From the IMG/VR virus record IMGVR_UViG_3300032242_000023, positions 1-34,782 of that record: 34,782 bases of DNA; one strand, written 5' to 3'. The translations under genes and the position numbers were made by a program. This stretch comes from a virus. Lineage: Duplodnaviria; Caudoviricetes. Shown one piece after another: positions 16,471 to 24,004 of the stretch. The notes under the pieces were generated by a model. The model did not search any database. It was not told the origin of the DNA and saw only the letters and a program-made list of their open reading frames with translations. Position 1 is the stretch's first letter; each line of letters opens with the position of its first letter.

Positions 16471-16491
16471 TTTAAGGGGAAGTTAAATGGA
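16471..16491 (+). repeat. 21-bp inverted repeat, right copy (RBS + ATG)
   Basis: TTTAAGGGGAAGTTAAATGGA. Confidence 0.85.
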
Positions 16492-16801
16492 ATCAAATTT
16501 TGTAAAAATCGTATTAGGTATAGCTGCTGGTTTTTTGTTATGTTTGCATACAATTGAACCAAAAGCTCAAACTTATCCAATGACTGATTCTTCTGGTTAC
16601 AACAGAGGAACAGTACAAATTAACGGAAATAAAGCTCAGTTTGTAAACCCAATGGGTTATACAACCCAAACTGCTACCATATACCCAAATCAAATAGTTT
16701 TATCAACGCCTAGCGGCATTACTACGGCTGTGGTTGGATCTACACAATACACCGTTCCACCAAGCCCACAAACGCCACCAAGCCCAAGAGTTTTGCAATG
16801 A
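16487..16801 (+). CDS. Putative exported protein with Pro-rich tail
   Basis: Signal-peptide-like N-terminus, beta-rich core, PPSPQTPPSP tail. Confidence 0.75.
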   Translation: MESNFVKIVLGIAAGFLLCLHTIEPKAQTYPMTDSSGYNRGTVQINGNKAQFVNPMGYTTQTATIYPNQIVLSTPSGITTAVVGSTQYTVPPSPQTPPSPRVLQ

Positions 16802-16917
16802 GTTTTACAATCATGCAGCATGATGGCATGAAAGTAATTCAATGGTTTTTTAGTGTAGACGAGCTAATTATTAGCATGATTAATAATCCACTAGACAGGT
16901 ATCACAGAAATGTTTGA
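16798..16917 (+). CDS. Small hypothetical protein (39 aa)
   Basis: ATGA overlap; fills the gap to the next gene; read manually. Confidence 0.5.
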   Translation: MSFTIMQHDGMKVIQWFFSVDELIISMINNPLDRYHRNV

Positions 16918-17281
16918 TGAATTTTGGGCGCTATATCCACGCAAAGTAGCTAAATCTGTGGCTCGCAAAGCATTTGACAGACTTACGGAACAACAGCAAT
17001 TAGATGCTTGTAAGGCTTTAGATGACCATATTATTTATTGGGATATAAAAGAGATTGAGTTAGAATTTATACCCCACCCAGCTACCTGGTTAAACCAAGA
17101 GCGCTGGGAAGATGAGTTGGTTATAGAGCCTAAAAAGAAAAAAGAATCTAAAGAATGGATGTTTAGCAATGAAGGAATTGAAGCTAAAGCAAAAGAACTT
17201 GGAATCATTGGTAATGGTTATGACACTTATGCAAGCCTCAAAGCCAAATGTATGAACAAGCTAGGCATGAATGTGCAGTAA
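16910..17281 (+). CDS. Replication-initiator C-terminal-domain-like protein (stand-alone)
   Basis: FDEFWALYPRKVAK..A.KAF and FIPHPATWLNQERWEDE motifs of phage replisome-organiser C-termini; only 123 aa. Confidence 0.75.
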   Translation: MFDEFWALYPRKVAKSVARKAFDRLTEQQQLDACKALDDHIIYWDIKEIELEFIPHPATWLNQERWEDELVIEPKKKKESKEWMFSNEGIEAKAKELGIIGNGYDTYASLKAKCMNKLGMNVQ

Positions 17282-17460
17282 GATTTTTATGTCATTTAAG
17301 GCATAAAAAAGGATTAACTTGGTTTCGTATATACATAAGTAAATATGAATTTAATCAACAATTATTAAGCGATTTCTACGATCAATGGAAATTAGGAAAT
17401 AAAGGGGAATGGGGATGTTGGAAAAAATTATTGTCGCAGCAACAGGGCTTGGGTATTTAA
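17248..17460 (+). CDS. Hypothetical protein
   Basis: 70-aa ORF overlapping both neighbours; RHECAVR and QWKLGNKG segments. Confidence 0.6.
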   Translation: MYEQARHECAVRFLCHLRHKKGLTWFRIYISKYEFNQQLLSDFYDQWKLGNKGEWGCWKKLLSQQQGLGI

Positions 17461-17561
17461 TAGTTTGCCTTGCACAATTAAAAAAAGGCGCTACATCTAA
17501 CGCAATGATTTGGGGTGGCTATGCCTTTGCCCAAGTTGGTTTATGGTTGGCCCTTAAATGA
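17415..17561 (+). CDS. Small two-TM membrane protein (48 aa)
   Basis: MLEKIIVAATGLGYLIVCLAQLKKGATSNAMIWGGYAFAQVGLWLALK*; AAAGGGGA RBS; ATGA overlap with the next gene. Confidence 0.7.
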   Translation: MLEKIIVAATGLGYLIVCLAQLKKGATSNAMIWGGYAFAQVGLWLALK

Positions 17562-17887
17562 AAGACTACGATCCAAATGACGCTATTGACTTCATATTCA
17601 AGACAGCTCCAGCGTATGCAAAAGCTAAAGGTTCGCTCGCAGAATTGGAAGCGTTTAAAAGTTCTCTTAAGGCGATTAAAATGGCACAAACAGACGAACA
17701 AAGTTTGGGCGCTCAAGAACGAGAAGCTTATAGAAGCCAAGACTACCAAGATTTATGCAAAGCTATTGGCGCAGCTACAGAACAAACAGAAGCGCTTAAA
17801 TGGCAATTAGAAGCAGCCAAAATGAGATTTGAAGCCTGGCGCACAGAACAAGCTAATAACCGTAATATTGAAAGACTGACTAAATGA
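17558..17887 (+). CDS. Helical/coiled-coil hypothetical protein
   Basis: 109 aa, ATGA-coupled on both sides. Confidence 0.8.
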   Translation: MKDYDPNDAIDFIFKTAPAYAKAKGSLAELEAFKSSLKAIKMAQTDEQSLGAQEREAYRSQDYQDLCKAIGAATEQTEALKWQLEAAKMRFEAWRTEQANNRNIERLTK

Positions 17888-18132
17888 ACAATAAACCAGT
17901 AGCATGGGGATGGTATGACTTGGAAATTAAAAGATTTTTTCCGCATTGGGATGAAGATTTGATGGAAAACAAAGAAGGCTGTATTCCACTCTACACCCAT
18001 CCAGTAAAGACACTAACAGTTACGCTCGATGATTGTGTTAAAGCCGAACTTGAGCAAGATGTTGGTTATGGTGGTGATTTAGATTTACTTGAATTTGCTA
18101 AAGCAATACTAAGAAAGGCACAAGAGAAATGA
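17884..18132 (+). CDS. Hypothetical protein with PVAW...PLYTHP motif
   Basis: Motif common in phage early accessory proteins; ATGA overlaps. Confidence 0.75.
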   Translation: MNNKPVAWGWYDLEIKRFFPHWDEDLMENKEGCIPLYTHPVKTLTVTLDDCVKAELEQDVGYGGDLDLLEFAKAILRKAQEK

Positions 18133-18305
18133 CAGATTACTCTGAAAATTATTTAAAAATAAATCAATTGCTTAAAAAATATCACAACGCAACACTTAAA
18201 TGGGATTATGAAAAAGCCACAAAAATAGCCCATGAATTAGCAGACGAAACCATAAGATTAGAAATTGCTAGTGTTCGTGCATTAAAAGATCAATGGCTTA
18301 AATAA
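18129..18305 (+). CDS. Small hypothetical protein (58 aa, MTDYSENYLKI...)
   Basis: Read manually; ATGA and TAATG overlaps. Confidence 0.7.
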   Translation: MTDYSENYLKINQLLKKYHNATLKWDYEKATKIAHELADETIRLEIASVRALKDQWLK

Positions 18306-18745
18306 TGGCTTATAAACCATTTAATCAGTTATTGCATGATGCCTGTGATCCACCAGCTAGAATGGCTGTATCCGAATGGATACAAATGAAATGGGGTGGA
18401 AAATGTATAGAAAACCCTAATAAATATGCAGTTGATTTAATTGTGCATAAAAATAACAAAAAAGTTGCTTATGCAGAAGTAGAAGTCAGAAATTGGGGTC
18501 AAAAGTTTTGCCCTTATAACACAATTCACATAGCCCAACGCAAAGAAAAGTTATTTAACAATGATTTAAAAACCCTTATGTTTGTTGTCACACATGACTT
18601 TCAACACGCTTATTGGACTACGGCAGATAAAGTAAAAGCTGCACCATTAATGGAAATACCTAATAAAGCTGTGGCAAAAGACGAATGGTTCTATGATGTA
18701 CCAATGGATCAATGGAAACTGGTAGATTTAACAGAACCTTTTTAA
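18305..18745 (+). CDS. Putative PD-(D/E)XK-fold nuclease
   Basis: VDLIV...YAEVEVR resembles a D...ExE variant active site. Confidence 0.55.
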   Translation: MAYKPFNQLLHDACDPPARMAVSEWIQMKWGGKCIENPNKYAVDLIVHKNNKKVAYAEVEVRNWGQKFCPYNTIHIAQRKEKLFNNDLKTLMFVVTHDFQHAYWTTADKVKAAPLMEIPNKAVAKDEWFYDVPMDQWKLVDLTEPF

Positions 18746-19035
18746 TGACTAAAGATGAAAAGAACGCTCTCAATAAGATTGCAGAACTCGGATGTATTTT
18801 ATGCTCCGAAATCCTTGGGTTTGAAGGCACTTCGGCAGAACTCCATCATGTGCGTAGGTATGGAGCTAAACGGTCTACATCCCCTATCTTGCCATTATGT
18901 CCAGAACACCATAGGCTCGGAAATGATAGCTTTCACCGATTGGGTATCAACGGTTTTGAAAATAAATGGGGAGTTAGTTGCGAGAAGCTCTTGGAGCGAG
19001 TCCACCAGAAACTTGGAAAAGCAATTGAAGAATGA
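18745..19035 (+). CDS. HNH-type, Ref-like (recombination enhancement) nuclease
   Basis: LGCILC..ELHHVR..LPLCPEHHR motifs; start reassigned to ATG 18745 (TAATG overlap). Confidence 0.75.
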   Translation: MTKDEKNALNKIAELGCILCSEILGFEGTSAELHHVRRYGAKRSTSPILPLCPEHHRLGNDSFHRLGINGFENKWGVSCEKLLERVHQKLGKAIEE

Positions 19036-19383
19036 CTAAAGTTCTAATGGATCAAAACCTAATTCTGACGAAATACGGAGCGCTCTATTACGAAACTCCT
19101 TATCATGGTGTGTCCATTTTAACGTCTTGTGCCTACTCATGTGTATGCACTCATGGCAAAGAACTCGAATTACCGTGTCAAGATGACCGCAACGAGCAGC
19201 AGAAATAGTAATAGTATGTTCATGCTTATCTCCATCATCATATAAGTATGTTCCCATCACTTGTGGATCTTTGTCTACAATAAAATGTACTTGCTCTGGC
19301 AATGGCATATTCCAACGGTCAAACGGTTTCATACAGTAAATAGCGCTGTACAAATTGCGTAGGATTGCTGGGGTAAGCTTCAT
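19036..19383 (-). CDS. SprT-like HExxH metallopeptidase
   Basis: VLCHECIH followed by H.KEF; TAATG-coupled to the phosphoesterase gene. Confidence 0.75.
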   Translation of the reverse strand: MKLTPAILRNLYSAIYCMKPFDRWNMPLPEQVHFIVDKDPQVMGTYLYDDGDKHEHTITISAARCGHLDTVIRVLCHECIHMSRHKTLKWTHHDKEFRNRALRISSELGFDPLEL

Positions 19384-20372
19384 TAGTAATGTATTAATTT
19401 GCCACGAAAATCTACAAGCCCTTTGCTTTCGTCAAATACTCTTATTAATTCAGGTTGTAATAAATGGCCTTGCTCATAAGTCATTAATGCAAATCCACTT
19501 GTCCAATCTGTTGGTGAATCTTCGGTATAGTGTACAAATTGCTCGCCCCTAGGATCTGCTAAACAACCAGTTTGCACACCCCAGCGACCATGAGCGTTAT
19601 AGTCATTATATTGAATAGCGCTTAAATGATGGGTATGACCGCTAATGACATGAGTACCGGCAGCTAATGTATTGTTTCTGCCGCCTGACCAAGAACCTTT
19701 CCATTTATGCCTAAAAACGGTATTCATAGTGCCAGAATTTTCAACCCAATATGTCCAACATCCTTTCCACATAGGAAAATGATCTTTAAGGGTAAACCCT
19801 TGAACACCTTGATATGAATGTGCGCCACCGTTAGATAAAAATGTTTCAAATCTAGCATCATGGTTGCCAAGAGTCCAAATCAATTCAGCGCCCTTAGATA
19901 CAGCCTCAATGCCAGCCATCATTTCTTGACAGCACTCTAATTCTTCTTTAACTGTAGGTGTGTTAGACCAGCCAATCCTAGGGTGTCTGCTTGCCTGGCT
20001 GCCGTCAAAAGCATCTCCTATGCAAACCACAACCTTGGGTTTAAATTCTTTAATGGTTTCTAATAAAGCTTTATAAGCAGTTGTATAAGATACATCGGGC
20101 CAAAAATGGCAATCTCCAAACGCTACAATATGACCTTTTTGTAGTTCTGTGCCACGTCTAGCGTGTCCGGCAGTTTCAAATATCTTTTTAGTCTGATCTA
20201 GTCGTTGATCGTTAAAAGCTGTTAATGAAATATTGAGTCTTTGTTCAATTGATCTTCTTCTGTTGTAGACTGCTCTTTCAGACATACCGTGTTTTTGAGC
20301 AAATTTAAGGGCTGAACCAATATTATTCCATTCAGCTATAAACTGGTCATCTGTCAAATAATATTTGTCCAC
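19383..20372 (-). CDS. Calcineurin-like metallophosphoesterase with a possible N-terminal HTH-like region
   Basis: GDCH, GDAFD, GNHD, H and GHTH motifs in canonical order; GTG start with AGGGG RBS. Confidence 0.9.
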   Translation of the reverse strand: MDKYYLTDDQFIAEWNNIGSALKFAQKHGMSERAVYNRRRSIEQRLNISLTAFNDQRLDQTKKIFETAGHARRGTELQKGHIVAFGDCHFWPDVSYTTAYKALLETIKEFKPKVVVCIGDAFDGSQASRHPRIGWSNTPTVKEELECCQEMMAGIEAVSKGAELIWTLGNHDARFETFLSNGGAHSYQGVQGFTLKDHFPMWKGCWTYWVENSGTMNTVFRHKWKGSWSGGRNNTLAAGTHVISGHTHHLSAIQYNDYNAHGRWGVQTGCLADPRGEQFVHYTEDSPTDWTSGFALMTYEQGHLLQPELIRVFDESKGLVDFRGKLIHY

Positions 20373-20417
20373 TAAGAACCCCTATAATCTATAAGTAACT
20401 GAATACTAACCTAAAAT

Positions 20418-20708
20418 ATGGCATACGCTAAAAAAGTTGATAAAAATCAAGCAGATGTTGTTAAAGCACTACGAGATTATGGTGCTGACGTATATTTGTT
20501 ACACATGGTCGGTGGAGGAATCCCAGACCTGATGGTGTTATATGAAGCAACCACTATTCTAATGGAAGTAAAAGACGGTGCAGAGAAAAAGCTAACCCTT
20601 CAACAAATAACCCTTTTTGCCAATTGGAAAGGCGGTCATTTACATAGAGTCAATTCTGTGCAAGAAGCTATAGAGGTGTTAAAATTAGTCGAACAGGAGT
20701 CTTTATGA
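20418..20708 (+). CDS. VRR-NUC-like PD-(D/E)XK endonuclease
   Basis: D.NQ..VV.ALR..G, GIPDL and MEVK motifs. Confidence 0.8.
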   Translation: MAYAKKVDKNQADVVKALRDYGADVYLLHMVGGGIPDLMVLYEATTILMEVKDGAEKKLTLQQITLFANWKGGHLHRVNSVQEAIEVLKLVEQESL

Positions 20709-21070
20709 GTGAAACTACCAATGTCGCTATGTTTGCCGCTACTTTATTGCATAGCAGCACTAATACTCACTTTTTCCATTGGTCTAGTGATTCTTATTCA
20801 CAACATAAAGCATTAGGCAAATACTACGAAGAAATTATTGAGCTTGTAGATGACTATGTAGAAGCTTACATGGGTTGTTACGAGCAAATTAAGTCTTTTC
20901 CTAGCGTATACCATTTACCTAAAGATCCTCTTAAATACCTAGAATCATTAAAAAGCTTTGTAAACGAAGCTAATTCAGATTTACCAAAAGATCAAGAATT
21001 GGTTAATATTGTTGCTGAAATACAGCAGTTAATTGATTCAACCATTTACAAACTTAAATACCTAAAGTAA
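20705..21070 (+). CDS. Dps/ferritin-like four-helix protein
   Basis: H..HW...SY..H..L..YYE......D..VE..MG ferroxidase-like pattern; CAGGAG RBS. Confidence 0.75.
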   Translation: MSETTNVAMFAATLLHSSTNTHFFHWSSDSYSQHKALGKYYEEIIELVDDYVEAYMGCYEQIKSFPSVYHLPKDPLKYLESLKSFVNEANSDLPKDQELVNIVAEIQQLIDSTIYKLKYLK

Positions 21071-21079
21071 GGGTTTACC

Positions 21080-21265
21080 ATGCCATTAGATAAAAGCGGT
21101 ACAGCTCAAAGTGTGGGCCGTAACATTAAAAAAGAAGAAAAAGCAGGTAAGCCTAAAAAACAGGCAGTTGCTATTGCTTTAAATACTGAACGTGAATATG
21201 CCAAAGGCAGCCGCAAATCAAAGTTAGAAGCTACCTATGACAAATACGTCAAGGAAAAAGAATAA
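21080..21265 (+). CDS. Small basic protein (KQAVAIAL motif)
   Basis: 61 aa, Lys-rich. Confidence 0.7.
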   Translation: MPLDKSGTAQSVGRNIKKEEKAGKPKKQAVAIALNTEREYAKGSRKSKLEATYDKYVKEKE

Positions 21266-21432
21266 TGGCAATTACATTACCAAGCGTAGTAGGCCGCAAA
21301 GACAACAAAAAGCCTGAAGAAACCGTTGATAGCAAAGATGACATTATCAACAAGAAGATTAATCAGCGTTTAAAGCGTAAACAAGCATTAGCTGACGCTA
21401 TGAACAAGATTCACGATCCAGACATTGCATAA
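21265..21432 (+). CDS. Small hypothetical protein (55 aa)
   Basis: Read manually; TAATG overlaps on both sides; AAGGA RBS. Confidence 0.65.
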   Translation: MAITLPSVVGRKDNKKPEETVDSKDDIINKKINQRLKRKQALADAMNKIHDPDIA

Positions 21433-22211
21433 TGGCAACGCTGGCTGATGTTCTCAAGGGATATGTGCCTCCTACGGAGTCAGGCCTTGTTGATCCTTTA
21501 AAAGCCCACATTAAGGCTTTACCTCAAAAATTTGCAGAAAACCAAGCAGCTCAAATGGCATTGCTAAGTCAGGCTTTTCCTGGAAATGCCTATGAGTCTA
21601 TGATGACTCAAGGCGACCCTAAAGCATTTGCTGAATTAGGTATGCAAGTGCCTTTTAATGCTATGGTTGCTTATCATGGCACGCCACACGATATTTTGGG
21701 TAAATTTGACATTAGCAAAGTAGGAACTGGCTCTGGCGCACAAGCACAAGGACATGGTATGTATTTTGCTGAAAGCCCAGAAATAGCCAAAGGATTTGGT
21801 AAAAATTTATACAAAGTAGATATACCTGATGAATATGTGCCAAAAATGCTTGATTGGTATGCACCATTATTAGAACAATCTGAATTAGTGCAAAACGCCA
21901 TTAAAAAGGCTGGAATACAAGATATGTCTTTAACAGGCGAAAAAGTATATAGCTTGTTAGCTAAACCAGAAAAAGTTGGTAAATTTACTAAAGTTACACT
22001 AAATGCTAAACCTGAAATATCTGAAAAGTTAAAAGAATTAGGTATACCTGGTATTAAATACGAGAACTTTCAAATTAAAAAAGGCCAAGGCGCTAACACT
22101 ACAAATTATGTAGTATTTGACCCTTCTGAAGTGCAAATGCTTGAAAAAAATGGCAAAGCCATTAGTCGCAAAGATTTAATTGAAGAACAAATCAAAGCAT
22201 TAAAAGACTGA
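21432..22211 (+). CDS. ADP-ribosyltransferase-like (ART-PolyVal-like) domain protein
   Basis: AYHGTP...KFD, G.G.YFAESPEIA, LYKVDIP, GIKY and NYVVFDP motifs. Confidence 0.65.
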   Translation: MATLADVLKGYVPPTESGLVDPLKAHIKALPQKFAENQAAQMALLSQAFPGNAYESMMTQGDPKAFAELGMQVPFNAMVAYHGTPHDILGKFDISKVGTGSGAQAQGHGMYFAESPEIAKGFGKNLYKVDIPDEYVPKMLDWYAPLLEQSELVQNAIKKAGIQDMSLTGEKVYSLLAKPEKVGKFTKVTLNAKPEISEKLKELGIPGIKYENFQIKKGQGANTTNYVVFDPSEVQMLEKNGKAISRKDLIEEQIKALKD

Positions 22212-22217
22212 TATACT
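22209..22217 (+). promoter_or_regulatory. Candidate extended -10 promoter upstream of terS
   Basis: TG-A-TATACT ending 32 nt before the terS ATG. Confidence 0.45.
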
Positions 22218-22249
22218 AAAACCCTTACAAATCAATCACTTGAGAATGT

Positions 22250-22570
22250 ATGGAATCTAAAGTAGAAAAAACTAGAAAAAAGACAGGCGGAAGGCAAGCA
22301 GGAGTGCCTAATAAGGTCACTCAGGAGGCTCGTGAGGCTGTTAAATCCTTACTTGATGCTAACCTACCTTATCTTCAAGCGTGGCTACAAACAACTGCTG
22401 ATGGGGTCTTTGATGATCAATCAGGAAAGTGGATAGTTCCACCCAATCCAGGCAAAGCTTGTGACATTGTTCAGAACATGGTTGAATATGCTGTTCCTAA
22501 ACTTGCAAGAACTGAAGTTGTAGGGGATGAGAAAGCACCTCAAAGAATGGTAATCAGTTGGAAGAAATAA
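22250..22570 (+). CDS. terS: Terminase small subunit
   Basis: KTGGRQAGVPNK and EYAVPKLARTE motifs; directly upstream of terL. Confidence 0.8.
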   Translation: MESKVEKTRKKTGGRQAGVPNKVTQEAREAVKSLLDANLPYLQAWLQTTADGVFDDQSGKWIVPPNPGKACDIVQNMVEYAVPKLARTEVVGDEKAPQRMVISWKK

Positions 22571-22662
22571 AATATTTAACCATTGGCATGATGGTTGGTG
22601 GCCTTTGGGTATTGTTTTGTTTTGTACTTTTTATGTGGTTATCAGGACTATTTGATGAGTGA
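22558..22662 (+). CDS. Possible 34-aa single-TM peptide between terS and terL
   Basis: TTG start, MEEIKYLTIGMMVGGLWVLFCFVLFMWLSGLFDE*; overlaps both neighbours; weak RBS. Confidence 0.4.
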   Translation: MEEIKYLTIGMMVGGLWVLFCFVLFMWLSGLFDE

Positions 22663-24004
22663 ACAAGTCCTAGAGATTGAGCTTGATTACAAGCCAAGGG
22701 ATGTATTCTTAGATTTCCATGAAAGATCAGAACGTTGGGCAGTTATCGTAGCCCATAGACGTTGTGGCAAGACTGTCAGTTGTATTAATGAATTGATATA
22801 CAAAGCCCTAATTGAGGGCAAAGATGACGCAAGATACGCTTATATTGCACCTTATTACAGCCAAGCTAAGAATGTGGCATGGGACTACTTGCTAAGATTT
22901 AGCCATCCAGTATTGGCAAAGGCCAATCAATCAGAACTATGGGTGGAGTTAATAAATGGCGCAAGGATTAGGTTGTTTGGGGCTGATAATGCTGACTCTT
23001 TACGTGGCTTATACCTTGATGGGGTTGTGCTAGATGAGTATGCAGATATGCGCCCTCGTATTTGGGGTGAGATTATTCGCCCTTTGCTGGCAGACAGACG
23101 TGGATGGGCCGTATTTATTGGAACACCTAAAGGCCACAACGCTTTCTGGGATGTATATAGCGCAGCCACCAAGGATGACACTTGGTATGTAAAAACGCTT
23201 AGAGCAGATCAAACTGACCTCATTGGTGATGAGGAACTGGCAGACGCTAGAAAAGCTATGACTCCGGATCAGTATGAGCAAGAGTTCTTATGCTCCTTTG
23301 AAGCTGCAATCTTAGGTGCTTATTATGGTCAAGAGATGCGAGCTTTGACTGATAGCAATAGGATCACGCCCATTGAGTATGATCCTCAATTCCCTTTAGA
23401 ATCTGCATGGGACTTGGGTTATAGCGATGACACAACCATTTGGACTTACCAAGTAGTGCATGGTGAGGTTAGATTTCTTGATTACCATTCAAGCAATGGC
23501 AAAAGCATACCGTTTTATACAGCGTACATTGCACAAAAAGAACAAGAGTATGGAGCTAAATATAGGACACATTGGCTGCCTCATGACGCTAGAGCAAAAA
23601 CATTAGCATCTGGCGGAAAGTCAATAATTGAACAACTTTCTAGTAAAATTGATATAATTTCCATGAAAATAGTGCCAAGTTTGTCACTTCAAGACGGAAT
23701 TCAAGCAACTCGCATGATGTTGCTAAGAACCTGGTTTGATCCAAAGTGCGAAGAAGGCATTGAATGTATTAGGCAGTATCAGCGTGAGTATGACGAAGAT
23801 AAGAAGATATTTAGGGATAAGCCAAGACATGACTGGGCATCCCACGGATCTGACGCTCTGCGTATGGCTGCGATAGCATGGAAACAAGAAACAAAAGCTG
23901 CTCCCAAGGATAACTCTATCAGGGGCATTAGTGTAGGGCATAATGATGCAACTTTGAACGATCTGTGGGCTTCAACCCCTAGGCCGTCAATCAGGAGAAT
24001 TTGA
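22655..24004 (+). CDS. terL: Terminase large subunit
   Basis: AHRRCGKT Walker A, VVLDE Walker B, IGTPKG coupling motif, WDLG..D and HDWASHGSDA nuclease motifs; start reassigned to ATG 22655 (CAGGA RBS). Confidence 0.95.
   Translation: MSEQVLEIELDYKPRDVFLDFHERSERWAVIVAHRRCGKTVSCINELIYKALIEGKDDARYAYIAPYYSQAKNVAWDYLLRFSHPVLAKANQSELWVELINGARIRLFGADNADSLRGLYLDGVVLDEYADMRPRIWGEIIRPLLADRRGWAVFIGTPKGHNAFWDVYSAATKDDTWYVKTLRADQTDLIGDEELADARKAMTPDQYEQEFLCSFEAAILGAYYGQEMRALTDSNRITPIEYDPQFPLESAWDLGYSDDTTIWTYQVVHGEVRFLDYHSSNGKSIPFYTAYIAQKEQEYGAKYRTHWLPHDARAKTLASGGKSIIEQLSSKIDIISMKIVPSLSLQDGIQATRMMLLRTWFDPKCEEGIECIRQYQREYDEDKKIFRDKPRHDWASHGSDALRMAAIAWKQETKAAPKDNSIRGISVGHNDATLNDLWASTPRPSIRRI

Noticed and set aside
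16362-16580. 72-aa minus-strand ORF
   Set aside because: Antisense to the well-supported 16487 gene and has no recognisable features.
22595-22654. Longer N-termini from the ORF track for terL (also GNAT, ERF, Ref-like, scaffold)
   Set aside because: Downstream starts have better RBS or stop-start overlaps, and the extensions lack family-like sequence.
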